Virus record (IMG/VR): IMGVR_UViG_2703718827_000010
Location: 1-34,304 of that record
DNA: 34,304 bases
Source: a virus
Lineage: Duplodnaviria > Heunggongvirae > Uroviricota > Caudoviricetes
Strand: one strand, 5' to 3'
The notes under the pieces were generated by a model. The model had not been told where the DNA came from. It ran no database searches and was given only the letters and a program-made list of their open reading frames with translations. This document shows positions 7,695 to 15,878 of this stretch, in pieces (position 1 is the first letter of the stretch; the number at the start of each line of letters is the position of its first letter). The translations under genes were made by a program, and so were the position numbers.

Positions 7695-7749
7695 AAATGT
7701 ACCTTTAGTTACCATGCCGGTCAAGTAAGTTAATGTACTTTTTGTTACC
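7695..7749. promoter_or_regulatory. Two copies of an 18/19-nt operator-like motif (AATGTACCTTTAGTTACC at 7695-7712; AATGTACTTTTTTGTTACC at 7731-7749); candidate OL/pL region
   Basis: Same motif recurs at 8507-8524 on the other side of cI; TTGACC lies between the two copies on the minus strand. Confidence 0.45.
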
Positions 7750-7757
7750 TTGGAGGT

Positions 7758-7787
7758 GAATAAAAATGCCAGAATGACATCTGGCAT
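7758..7787 (-). terminator. Terminator hairpin immediately downstream of cI stop
   Basis: 8-bp inverted repeat ATGCCAGA / TCTGGCAT (7766-7773, 7780-7787) with 6-nt loop, followed on minus strand by TTTTATT. Confidence 0.5.
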
Positions 7788-7801
7788 TAGAAATGAGTTA
7801 C

Positions 7802-8461
7802 TTAGATGTTCTGCGTTATCTGAACTACTTTGCCTACAATGCGGCAATTTCCATCAATTGGGATCGGCTTAAAGGCGGGATTAAGCGGCATTAAATATGA
7901 GTAAGGGCTATCCCAAACAAGTTTCTTCACAGTCGCTTCTGCTGAACCATCGAGTATTGCTACGACAATTTTCCCATACAGGTCATCAAGTTGTCCGTAG
8001 TGTGGTTCAACGATAACGATTGACCCCTCCGGAATTGATGGAAGTCCGTGTGGGTTAGTCATTGACTCACCACGAACTACCAAACCGAAAACTTCATCAG
8101 AAACGTTTGCTGTGGTTTGAGTCCATGAAATCACATCAGTAAGCCTTGAGCATGCATAGGTATCAGTCCATACCCCGGCCTGAACAGCAGAGATAATAGG
8201 AACGGCCGTAGGTGGCTTCAGGTATGGGATAACTTTGGTGTCATCTTGAGTCTCATCACCCTTGCCGTAAAGAATCCATTCAGGAGTAGTCTGTAAAGCC
8301 ATCGCTAGTTGGTGAAGGTTTTCTCCGTCAGGCTTAGTTGTACCGTTCTCCCATTTGGTAACGGACACTCTACTCACCCCAAGGCGTTTAGCCAGGGTCT
8401 GCTGAGTTATATCGAGCTGGACTCGCCGGGATCTTATTCGGTCTTTCATCTCTGTTTTCAT
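7802..8461 (-). CDS. cI: CI-like prophage repressor (HTH XRE domain plus S24 LexA-like autopeptidase domain)
   Basis: N-terminal HTH (QQTLAKRLGVSRVSVTKWENG); C-terminal S24 peptidase region (VVRGESM...KIVVAIL); divergent from cro. Confidence 0.85.
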   Translation of the reverse strand: MKTEMKDRIRSRRVQLDITQQTLAKRLGVSRVSVTKWENGTTKPDGENLHQLAMALQTTPEWILYGKGDETQDDTKVIPYLKPPTAVPIISAVQAGVWTDTYACSRLTDVISWTQTTANVSDEVFGLVVRGESMTNPHGLPSIPEGSIVIVEPHYGQLDDLYGKIVVAILDGSAEATVKKLVWDSPYSYLMPLNPAFKPIPIDGNCRIVGKVVQITQNI

Positions 8462-8524
8462 GTAACCAATGTTACATTGATTCCTTGTAACTGTTGTTTG
8501 CTATTTAATGTACCTTTTGTTACC
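8461..8524. promoter_or_regulatory. cI-cro intergenic operator/promoter region: palindrome TGTAACCAATGTTACA (8461-8476) plus 18-nt motif copy AATGTACCTTTTGTTACC (8507-8524)
   Basis: Palindrome abuts the cI start codon; motif shared with the two copies left of cI; half-site resembles TGTAAC/GTTACA. Confidence 0.45.
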
Positions 8525-8553
8525 TTTAAGGCGTGAGTTAACCAGGAGGAACC

Positions 8554-8751
8554 ATGCTTAAAACTGACGTCATAGAACACTTCGGAGGGGTATCAAAAAC
8601 CGCGAGTGTTTTGGGAATTTCTCATCCTGCAGTGTGCCGATGGGGTGATGTGATCCCTCAGAAGCAAGCTTTTGTTATCGAACGTATCACTAAAGGCAAG
8701 CTTAAATACGATGCCAGCCTTTACCAAAAGTCTACAGACACAGCAGCTTAA
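8554..8751 (+). CDS. cro: Cro-like small HTH regulator
   Basis: 65-aa protein divergent from cI, AGGAGG RBS, HTH segment GGVSKTASVLGISHPAVCRW. Confidence 0.7.
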   Translation: MLKTDVIEHFGGVSKTASVLGISHPAVCRWGDVIPQKQAFVIERITKGKLKYDASLYQKSTDTAA

Positions 8752-8776
8752 ACATAACTACCAAAGGAAAAACAAG

Positions 8777-9241
8777 ATGGTAGAGCAGACCCTGAAAGAA
8801 GTAGTGAAAGCGATGTGCAAGGCGTACCCCGGAGGCCGTCAGGCTATGGCTGGCGCGTTAGGCATGTCAGAAACCCAGTTCAACAACAACCTGTACGAGA
8901 AAAACGGATGCCGGTTCTTTGAAGTAACTGAGCTGGAAGCGATGGAAGACATTTCCAATACGTCATTTGTTGCTGACTACTTTGCTAAGCGTCGTGGCGC
9001 ACTGCTGGTGGACGTGCCAAGCCTGGAAGATCTGGACCGTGTTGACTTGTTCAGTCGTGCAATGCGTACAGCAGCTGCAAGGGGGCAGGTTGATCAGATT
9101 ATCCAGAAGGCGCTTGAGGATGGAGTGATTGAAAAGCATGAAGCTGAAGAGATTCAGGAACATCACCGCCGTCATCTGGCAGCGCGTGAAGAAGAAATCC
9201 GCGCGATTGTGGCCTTATTCAGCCGCCGTCAAAAGAAGTGA
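8777..9241 (+). CDS. CII-like early regulatory protein (start at internal ATG 8777)
   Basis: Position directly after cro; 154-aa protein MVEQTLKEVVKAMCKAYPGG...; assignment by position and general resemblance to phage CII/CP76-type regulators, not verified. Confidence 0.5.
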   Translation: MVEQTLKEVVKAMCKAYPGGRQAMAGALGMSETQFNNNLYEKNGCRFFEVTELEAMEDISNTSFVADYFAKRRGALLVDVPSLEDLDRVDLFSRAMRTAAARGQVDQIIQKALEDGVIEKHEAEEIQEHHRRHLAAREEEIRAIVALFSRRQKK

Positions 9242-9302
9242 CGCCAGCGAGTGTGCAGCTCCTGGCGTCGTGGCGTGTCGTATTCAGTGGAGAAACTAAC
9301 GC

Positions 9303-9641
9303 ATGAACAGTGTAACAACACAGTACCGCAGGTCGCAACTTATTGCTCGACCTATGCCGGGTGGAAAAGGTCCGGCGCAGTTCGTGTATGGGGTAATGGT
9401 ATCCGGATGCTTTGAGCCTGTCTGCTACCAGTTTGCCGATTGGGTTGTAGGTGATTTCAACGGCCAGGCGGAGAAGGTCGAATGCGAGCACTCAACAGAC
9501 GGTTTAAAGACAGCTACGGCGTCCCAGTCAGGGTTATCCGGTGGGAACCAGAAACTCAACGGGTTATATACCTGCGCGATGGATACGAGCATGAGTGCTT
9601 CAGTCCTCTCGAACAGTTTCAGCGTAAATTCAGGGAAATAG
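9303..9641 (+). CDS. Hypothetical protein; C-terminal half may be read-through in the wrong frame (see overlapping ORF 9482-9694)
   Basis: GGAGA RBS 9 nt before ATG; ends 10 nt before the O-like start; C-terminal half is low-complexity S/T/G-rich. Confidence 0.35.
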   Translation: MNSVTTQYRRSQLIARPMPGGKGPAQFVYGVMVSGCFEPVCYQFADWVVGDFNGQAEKVECEHSTDGLKTATASQSGLSGGNQKLNGLYTCAMDTSMSASVLSNSFSVNSGK

Positions 9642-9694
9642 AGGATCAGAATGAGCCTGTTAATGACATCACGGCCAATAGTGATAAATCCTGA
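9482..9694 (+). CDS. Hypothetical small protein overlapping both 9303-9641 and the O-like gene start
   Basis: 70-aa ORF with globular-looking composition (RVIRWEPETQRVIYLRDGYEHECFSPLEQF); AAGG RBS; frame closed upstream by TGA at 9452. Confidence 0.4.
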   Translation: MRALNRRFKDSYGVPVRVIRWEPETQRVIYLRDGYEHECFSPLEQFQRKFREIEDQNEPVNDITANSDKS

Positions 9695-10559
9695 CCTTGC
9701 ATACAGCATTGGCCTGAATGAGGCGATTGCATTGCAGCAGATTAATTACTGGCTGCAAGAAACTAAGTCAGGCATGGAGCGTGACGGTGTTCGCTGGATT
9801 TACAACACGACAGAACAGTGGCTGGAGCAGTTCCCGTTCTGGTCTGAGTCGACCCTGAAGCGTACCTTCACCCGCCTGAAGACACTCGGCGTGCTCAAAA
9901 TTGAGCAGTTGAACAAGTCTCAACGCGACATGACCAACTTCTACACGATCAACTATGAAAGCGAGCTTTTAGATGAAGTCAAAGTGACCGAATCGAAGAG
10001 GTCAAAATGCGCTGTTCCATCAGGTCAAAATGACACGATGGAAGAGGCCAAAGTGACACACTCCATCAGGTCAAAACGAACCGCTGTCATCAGGTCAAAA
10101 TGCACTGATGATCCTACAGAGAATACAACAGAGAGTACTACAGAGATTACAGGTAAAGACTCTTGTCCGGTTGCAGGGCAACCAGACCCTGAAGTTGTGA
10201 TTACTGATCAGGCGATTTTGGTGTTGTCCCATTTGAACCAAATCAGCGGATCCCGGTATCAGAAGTCAAAAACATCCCTGGAGAACATCCGTGCCCGACT
10301 GCGTGATGGTTACAGCGTTGCTGACCTGCAACTTGTTATCGACCTCAAACATGAGCATTGGCACGAGAACGACGAGCAGTACCAGTACATGCGACCTGAA
10401 ACGCTGTTCGGACCGAGGAAATTTGAGAGCTATCTGCAAAGCGCCACCCGCTGGAACCAGAAGGGACGACCCAAGCGTGCTGACTGGGGCGCTAAAAGGC
10501 GCGATGTGATGGATTTTGGTCCTGTTGATACAACGATTCCTGCGGGCTTCAGGGGGTAA
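9651..10559 (+). CDS. Replication initiation protein (lambda O-like replisome organiser) with in-gene origin iterons
   Basis: Position after cII; AGAGGA RBS; central repetitive RSK-rich linker encoded by direct DNA repeats; conserved-looking C-terminal domain. Confidence 0.65.
   Translation: MSLLMTSRPIVINPDLAYSIGLNEAIALQQINYWLQETKSGMERDGVRWIYNTTEQWLEQFPFWSESTLKRTFTRLKTLGVLKIEQLNKSQRDMTNFYTINYESELLDEVKVTESKRSKCAVPSGQNDTMEEAKVTHSIRSKRTAVIRSKCTDDPTENTTESTTEITGKDSCPVAGQPDPEVVITDQAILVLSHLNQISGSRYQKSKTSLENIRARLRDGYSVADLQLVIDLKHEHWHENDEQYQYMRPETLFGPRKFESYLQSATRWNQKGRPKRADWGAKRRDVMDFGPVDTTIPAGFRG
9975..10102. repeat. Iteron array (candidate ori) inside the O-like gene
   Basis: CATCAGGTCAAAA(T/C)G at 10018-10032, 10064-10078, 10088-10102; partial AGGTCAAAATG at 9999-10009; CAAAGTGAC variants nearby; A-rich stretch downstream. 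Confidence 0.6.
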
Positions 10560-10561
10560 CG

Positions 10562-11005
10562 ATGAGCTTACTGAAAACTATCCAGATGTTTGTAGCTCAG
10601 AACCCTGGGCTAACCAACAAGCAGATAGCTGCAGCACTGACAGAATACGATATTCAGTCGGTTCAGCGTGCCGTATGCCGACTAGTTGATACAAAGCGTG
10701 CAACACGTAAACACGCGGGAAAGTGTTATCGCTATTACGCAGAACCGCCAGCAGATTGCCACTTCGAGGTTTTTGAACCAACCCCTGAAGTCAGCGCACT
10801 GATGGAGACGGCGAAATGTCTGGAGTCGAAAGGCCTCTTTCACCGTGCCGCGACGATATACATGCAAGCGTTCAGCGTGTCAGCCATTGAATCAGAGCGA
10901 GCAGCAATTCTGGCAGAACGTCAGCGCTGTCTTGGCCTGGCTAAGCCAGCAGTTATTACCGAAGACGGATGCTATCTGTCTGGTCGATTTTCGGGAGGCC
11001 GTTAA
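10562..11005 (+). CDS. Hypothetical protein, possible winged-helix regulator (PerC-like assignment uncertain)
   Basis: 147-aa ORF immediately after O-like gene; N-terminal HTH-like segment LTNKQIAAALTEYDIQSVQRAVCRLV. Confidence 0.45.
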   Translation: MSLLKTIQMFVAQNPGLTNKQIAAALTEYDIQSVQRAVCRLVDTKRATRKHAGKCYRYYAEPPADCHFEVFEPTPEVSALMETAKCLESKGLFHRAATIYMQAFSVSAIESERAAILAERQRCLGLAKPAVITEDGCYLSGRFSGGR

Positions 11006-11673
11006 TGAACTACTCATTGATTTACGCAGATCCGCCGTGGGAATACGGAAACACCATCAGCAATGGTGCAGCGGAAAACCATTACGGCACGATGAAACTC
11101 ATCGACATAAAACGCCTGCCTGTCTGGGAGCTGGCTGCGGAAAATTCCGTTCTGGCCATGTGGTTCACCGGTACACACACCCGCGAAGCTATCGAACTGG
11201 CTGAGGCATGGGGTTTTAAGGTTCGGACCATGAAGGGATTCACCTGGGTGAAGCTTAACTCACTGGCAGAACAGCATATCAATAAAGCGCTTCAGGCTGG
11301 TGGTGTAGAGGACTTTTACGACTTCCTCGACCTGTTGAACGCTCAGACCCGAATGAACGGTGGTAACTATACCCGCGCCAATACCGAGGATCTGTTAATC
11401 GCTACCAGAGGGAAAGGTCTTGAGCGTCAGAATGCGAGCGTAAAACAGGTTATCTACAGCCCACTCAGCGAACACAGCCAGAAGCCAGCAGAAGCGCGTT
11501 ACCGTCTGGAGCAATTATACGGCGATGTATCACGCATTGAGTTGTTCAGCCGCTGTTCGGCTCCCGGCTGGCATCACTGGGGAAATCAGGCAGAAAATCC
11601 TGATGTAATCATGTCACCTGGTTACGTTGGTAAACCTGCTCCGCTGCTGGAGGTGGCTTATGCAGGACGTTGA
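11005..11673 (+). CDS. MT-A70 family DNA N6-adenine methyltransferase (orphan, no cognate nuclease seen)
   Basis: DPPW motif (LIYADPPWEY) near N-terminus; GGAGG RBS before ATG 11005; track ORF starts at 10969. Confidence 0.8.
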   Translation: MNYSLIYADPPWEYGNTISNGAAENHYGTMKLIDIKRLPVWELAAENSVLAMWFTGTHTREAIELAEAWGFKVRTMKGFTWVKLNSLAEQHINKALQAGGVEDFYDFLDLLNAQTRMNGGNYTRANTEDLLIATRGKGLERQNASVKQVIYSPLSEHSQKPAEARYRLEQLYGDVSRIELFSRCSAPGWHHWGNQAENPDVIMSPGYVGKPAPLLEVAYAGR

Positions 11674-11878
11674 AGCACGTAACGCGCTTCGTAACATCGC
11701 CAGAAGATGCAACGAGGAAATAACCGCTAAACGCAAGGCTAATCCTGGTATGAATTGTGACGAAATAGCCAGGCCAATTTTTAACGGTGCCATGGGGATG
11801 GTTAAGCAACTTGGCTTTACGCCATCTCATTTGTATCTCGAAGTCGGGATTCTGAACAAGCGGATTAAGGAGCGCTGA
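11660..11878 (+). CDS. Hypothetical small protein
   Basis: GGAGG RBS before ATG 11660; 72 aa; overlaps end of methyltransferase gene. Confidence 0.45.
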   Translation: MQDVEARNALRNIARRCNEEITAKRKANPGMNCDEIARPIFNGAMGMVKQLGFTPSHLYLEVGILNKRIKER

Positions 11879-11879
11879 A

Positions 11880-12200
11880 GTGAACAAACTTACCGTGAGA
11901 CAAAGTGAAGTACTTGGTTCGATCGTGAACTATCAGCGCCGGTTCGGATTCCCTCCAACGATATGTGAACTGGCTGGGCTGATTGGTTGCTCATCACCGA
12001 ACGCTGCAGCGGAGCATGTGAAGGCCATAGCGAAGAAGGGATATATCTCAGTTGCGCCTGGAGTTTCCAGAGGGATTACCGTTATTTCAGCAAACGATGA
12101 GGTAGACGCGATATCGATCATCAAGTCACTCATTAACGGTGATAGCGATTCAAGAGAACGCGCCTTGTCATGGCTGGAAGCGAGAGGTGTTCAGCAATGA
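11880..12200 (+). CDS. LexA N-terminal DNA-binding domain homologue lacking the S24 peptidase domain
   Basis: GTG start; residues about 5-70 align with the LexA wHTH domain (LTVRQSEVL...GFPPT..ELA...G..SPNAAAEHVKAIAKKGYI...GVSRGI); only 106 aa, no Ala-Gly cleavage/peptidase region. Confidence 0.65.
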   Translation: MNKLTVRQSEVLGSIVNYQRRFGFPPTICELAGLIGCSSPNAAAEHVKAIAKKGYISVAPGVSRGITVISANDEVDAISIIKSLINGDSDSRERALSWLEARGVQQ

Positions 12201-12586
12201 AACTAACGTTGCCATTCCCGCCAACTGTTAACACCTATTACCGGTCCCCTGACCGCGGCGCGTTAAAGGGTAAGCATCTGATAAGTGAGATGGGGAGGAA
12301 GTTCAAGAAGAATGTTTACGCCTCTGTTGTGCAGCAGTACGGCGGTATACCTAAACCAGTTAACGTCAACGTTGAGGTAAACATAGTTCTTTTCCCGCCA
12401 GATAACAGACGGCGGGATCTGGACAACTACAACAAAGCGCTGTTCGACGCACTGACGAATGCCAGAGTCTGGGAAGACGATAGTCAGGTTAAGCGGATGG
12501 CTATCGAGTGGGGGCCGGCAGTAAAGCCTGGAAGGGTAGAAATAACGATCAGCCGTTTTGAAACTGTGGCGGGTGCAGCCGCCTGA
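12197..12586 (+). CDS. rusA: RusA-family Holliday junction resolvase
   Basis: MKLTLPFPPTVNTYY N-terminus and conserved acidic residues (RRRDLDNYNKALFDAL...WEDDSQV); ATGA overlap with upstream gene. Confidence 0.8.
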   Translation: MKLTLPFPPTVNTYYRSPDRGALKGKHLISEMGRKFKKNVYASVVQQYGGIPKPVNVNVEVNIVLFPPDNRRRDLDNYNKALFDALTNARVWEDDSQVKRMAIEWGPAVKPGRVEITISRFETVAGAAA

Positions 12587-12602
12587 TAAGTGGAGACAGA
12601 GC

Positions 12603-13328
12603 ATGAATCAGATGAACATCACCGTAATGTGCCAGGCACACCATACAGCAGCTGTTGGGCAGCAGATAACCATGTCCAGCCGTGAGATTGCAAAACTGGT
12701 CGATTCCCGGCACAGCAATGTCTGCGTAACGATAGAGCGCCTCATGAATTCCGGTGTGATTGAAGGGTATGCTGCATTGCAGTACACCCATCCCCAGAAC
12801 GGACAGACCTATCATCACTACGAAGTGAATAAGCGTGATAGCTATGTGATCGTTGCCCAGTTGTCACCAGAGTTCACGGCCCGACTTGTTGACCGCTGGC
12901 AGGAACTGGAGAACAACGGTGGAATGATAGTTCCCCGGTCACTTCCTGAGGCGCTGCGGCTTGCTGCTGACCTGGCTGAGCAGAAACAACGGCTGAGTGA
13001 AGAACTGGCAGTAGCCGCGCCAAAGGCTGAGTTTGTTGACCGTTACGTTATGGCCACCGGTTCAATGACATTCCGGCAGGTTGCCAAGCTGCTTAACGCC
13101 AAAGAGACGGAGTTTGCGATGTTCCTGATTGAGAACGGCATCATGTACCGGCTTAACCGTGTTCTCACGCCAAAGAGCAAGCATATCGAAGCAGGGCGCT
13201 TCGAGGTGAAGACGGGCACGACAAACCAGACAAATTACGCGTTCAATCAGTCCCGCTTCACCGCCAAGGGTGTTCGCTGGATTGGTGGCCTGTGGGCAGA
13301 GCATATTGCTAAGGGGCAGATAGCGTGA
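12603..13328 (+). CDS. Antirepressor (Rha-type N-terminal domain plus KilA-C-type C-terminal domain)
   Basis: N-terminal ITMSSREIAKLVDSRHSNVCVTIERL resembles Rha family; C-terminal AEFVDRYV...TFRQVAKLL...FLIENGIMY resembles KilAC; GGAGA RBS. Confidence 0.7.
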   Translation: MNQMNITVMCQAHHTAAVGQQITMSSREIAKLVDSRHSNVCVTIERLMNSGVIEGYAALQYTHPQNGQTYHHYEVNKRDSYVIVAQLSPEFTARLVDRWQELENNGGMIVPRSLPEALRLAADLAEQKQRLSEELAVAAPKAEFVDRYVMATGSMTFRQVAKLLNAKETEFAMFLIENGIMYRLNRVLTPKSKHIEAGRFEVKTGTTNQTNYAFNQSRFTAKGVRWIGGLWAEHIAKGQIA

Positions 13329-14314
13329 GGGTACTACTGACACCTGAAGTGGCACCAATGACCGGAGTAGTGATATTTCGCCCAGGCAATGAACTGATGC
13401 ATCTGTTCAGACGCGGGCGGGTTCTTATCGAGCCACAGGCAGAGTCTATGTCTGAGTTGCCGTCAGGACTGTTGCCAGAGACGGAGCAGGAGCTTAAAAA
13501 CGATCCGTTAATGCGTGATGTCTTCGAAAACAAGAAGGTAATTAACCGAGCTGGTGGACTCAATTCACTGGATGCCTGGCTCGAAAGAAAACTGGAATGT
13601 CAGTACCCACACAGCGAGTGGCACGATCGCAACTACACCATCACTCGGCATGCACCTGGCTCAATCCGCACGTGCTGGGGCTGTGACTTAAAAATTCGTG
13701 ATCAGTTCACTGAAGGTCTGGCGGGTATAGCCCGTGAAAACCTGGTATCCTGGCTACTGAAGGTTGTAAACGGCCAATTAGGTTTCAGTGAGGACCACAT
13801 TCTTACACTGCCGGAGTTTTGCTGGTGGATGGTCAGGAGCGACCTGGCTGATGAGATACCTGAAGCCGTAGCACATAAAGCTCTTCGTCTGAAGAAAGAG
13901 TCCCACCAGTCGGTAACACGTGAAAGCGATATTGTTCCGGCATTACCCGCCAAACAACTGGTACAGGAGAAAGCGAAAAAGATAGTGGCAATGAAGGTTG
14001 ACCCAGAGACGCCGGAATCCTTCATGCTTAAACCCAAGCGTCGCCGCTGGGTGAATGAGAAATACACGAGATGGGTTAAGGCCCAGCCGTGCGTCTGCTG
14101 TAACAAGCAAGCTGACGACCCCCACCACCTGATTGGCCACGGGCAGGGTGGAATGGGTACAAAGGCACACGACCTGTTTGTGATTCCTCTGTGCAGAGAG
14201 CATCACGACGAGTTGCATGCTGATCCTGTGGCATTTGAAGCGAAATACGGTGACCAACTGGTCCTGGTGTTTCGGGTTATAGATCGTGCGCTGGCAATCG
14301 GCGTACTGGCGTAA
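13325..14314 (+). CDS. NinG/DUF968-like protein with C-terminal Cys/His cluster
   Basis: C-terminus PCVCCNKQADDPHHLIGHGQGG...CREHHDELH; typical position between rusA/ant and Q. Confidence 0.55.
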   Translation: MRVLLTPEVAPMTGVVIFRPGNELMHLFRRGRVLIEPQAESMSELPSGLLPETEQELKNDPLMRDVFENKKVINRAGGLNSLDAWLERKLECQYPHSEWHDRNYTITRHAPGSIRTCWGCDLKIRDQFTEGLAGIARENLVSWLLKVVNGQLGFSEDHILTLPEFCWWMVRSDLADEIPEAVAHKALRLKKESHQSVTRESDIVPALPAKQLVQEKAKKIVAMKVDPETPESFMLKPKRRRWVNEKYTRWVKAQPCVCCNKQADDPHHLIGHGQGGMGTKAHDLFVIPLCREHHDELHADPVAFEAKYGDQLVLVFRVIDRALAIGVLA

Positions 14315-14328
14315 GTGGAGAACGCTAA

Positions 14329-14907
14329 ATGATTAATCCTTCTGAAGTTGGTAAATCTGGTGAAATGGTTCGTCTTCGTACTCTGGAAAGCATCTGGATA
14401 CAGGGTAAGTTGCGCATGTGGGGCCGCTGGTCTTATATCGGCGGTGGTAGTGGTGGGAACATGTTTAACCAGCTTCTGGCATCCGGGAAAATCACCAAGA
14501 CAGCTATCAATGATGCTCTGCGCAGAATGAAGAAATCAGGAATCACCAAGCCTGAACTTGAAGCGTACCTGCGTGAAATTCTCAACAGCAAAAATAAAAG
14601 CGGTCTGGCGTTCTGTTCAGACGAAGAAGGGTTGTTAGTGGATGGTGTCATTGCTTCTGTACTGATGAATGATGACTACCGATCGCTCTATAGCGTGATT
14701 GTCGACCGCCATCGCCTACGCAAGAGCAAGCTGCAGATGGCCAATGAACTGCAGGCTAAACATCCTGACTGGCCGCTGATCACCTGTCGTCGACGCATTG
14801 ACACTTGGCTAAGTCTTGCAGAATCGATCCTGTACGCTCCAGTTTGTGACGCATTCGGCACAAATAGCGACAGATTTAAGTTGCAGAGTGAGCAAGAAAG
14901 TGCTTAA
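14329..14907 (+). CDS. Putative late-gene antiterminator (Q-like), assigned by position
   Basis: Last gene before a tR'-like terminator and the lysis cassette; sequence not matched to a specific Q family from memory. Confidence 0.45.
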   Translation: MINPSEVGKSGEMVRLRTLESIWIQGKLRMWGRWSYIGGGSGGNMFNQLLASGKITKTAINDALRRMKKSGITKPELEAYLREILNSKNKSGLAFCSDEEGLLVDGVIASVLMNDDYRSLYSVIVDRHRLRKSKLQMANELQAKHPDWPLITCRRRIDTWLSLAESILYAPVCDAFGTNSDRFKLQSEQESA

Positions 14908-14957
14908 ATTGTGGTAGGCTCGGGACGTTAAAGCGAACTGAGCAACAAACATCAAGA

Positions 14958-14981
14958 ACCCGCCATTGAGCGGGTTTTTTG
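14958..14981 (+). terminator. tR'-like intrinsic terminator downstream of Q
   Basis: Stem ACCCGC / GCGGGT with 6-nt loop followed by TTTTTTGTGT. Confidence 0.65.
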
Positions 14982-15044
14982 TGTCCTTTTTGGTTATCAT
15001 ATTAGATGAGAAATTGAGTTAAATGATGATAATCAGGAGGCGAA

Positions 15045-15794
15045 ATGGAAATTATGGAGTTAGTTAAACCTGGGAGTTGGATCGACAGTGATGATAGCCA
15101 ATGGTCTCGAAATGTTGAGCGTATTATCAGTCAGTTAGAGTCTTGTTTTAATGAAGCATTTGTGTCACTTTTATTTTTTGATAGAGAAATAGCGAATGTA
15201 CAAGGCGCTTTTGAATCTAGAAGAGAATGGTTGGAAGACAGAGAGGAAAGGATTCAAATTCAAAAATCTATAGAACATGAGTTTGACTTAAGTGTTTTTG
15301 AAAATCATGATAAGTTAAGTAAAAAAGTAGAATCAATCCTTAATCAAAAAAAATTAAATGAATGGAAACTACCAAGTTATTTGCAACATAGCTTGCCTTT
15401 TATATATGCGAAATCATTTTTATATTCATTGGATACAATCGAAAAAATAATTAATATTCTTCCTGAGGAACCAGAAGTCCAAAGTAGAATATCTAAAATT
15501 AAAATGATGATGGGTGAGGCTTTTCCAGATTTAATTCATGTCAGAGACTCATCACACCATATTGAAGATAGAGTATTAGGAAAGAAACGAGGTAAATTGA
15601 TTGAGTTACAACCCATTGATGATGGTGGAATAAAATCTGAGGGTGGTGTACTTGTTATTAGTCATTTGTCTGGCTCTAGTTTCGGTTGCACAATGGGTAA
15701 TGGTAGTTACGGCAAGGTTGATGTTACACGTGAAACATTAGAGGTTGTGCGTGATATAATTCAGAAAGTTATTGATTCATTTAAATGGAAATAA
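15045..15794 (+). CDS. Hypothetical moron protein (249 aa) in the Q-to-lysis slot
   Basis: AGGAGG RBS; strongly AT-rich with AGA Arg codons; bracketed by two terminators; contains RDSSHH (R-x4-H) segment. Confidence 0.7.
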   Translation: MEIMELVKPGSWIDSDDSQWSRNVERIISQLESCFNEAFVSLLFFDREIANVQGAFESRREWLEDREERIQIQKSIEHEFDLSVFENHDKLSKKVESILNQKKLNEWKLPSYLQHSLPFIYAKSFLYSLDTIEKIINILPEEPEVQSRISKIKMMMGEAFPDLIHVRDSSHHIEDRVLGKKRGKLIELQPIDDGGIKSEGGVLVISHLSGSSFGCTMGNGSYGKVDVTRETLEVVRDIIQKVIDSFKWK

Positions 15795-15878
15795 CTTGTT
15801 CTTTACACCTAGCCTCTATGAGGCTTAAATTAAATATGACCTCTTATCACCCTAATGTAAAAAATAGTACTCACCTCT

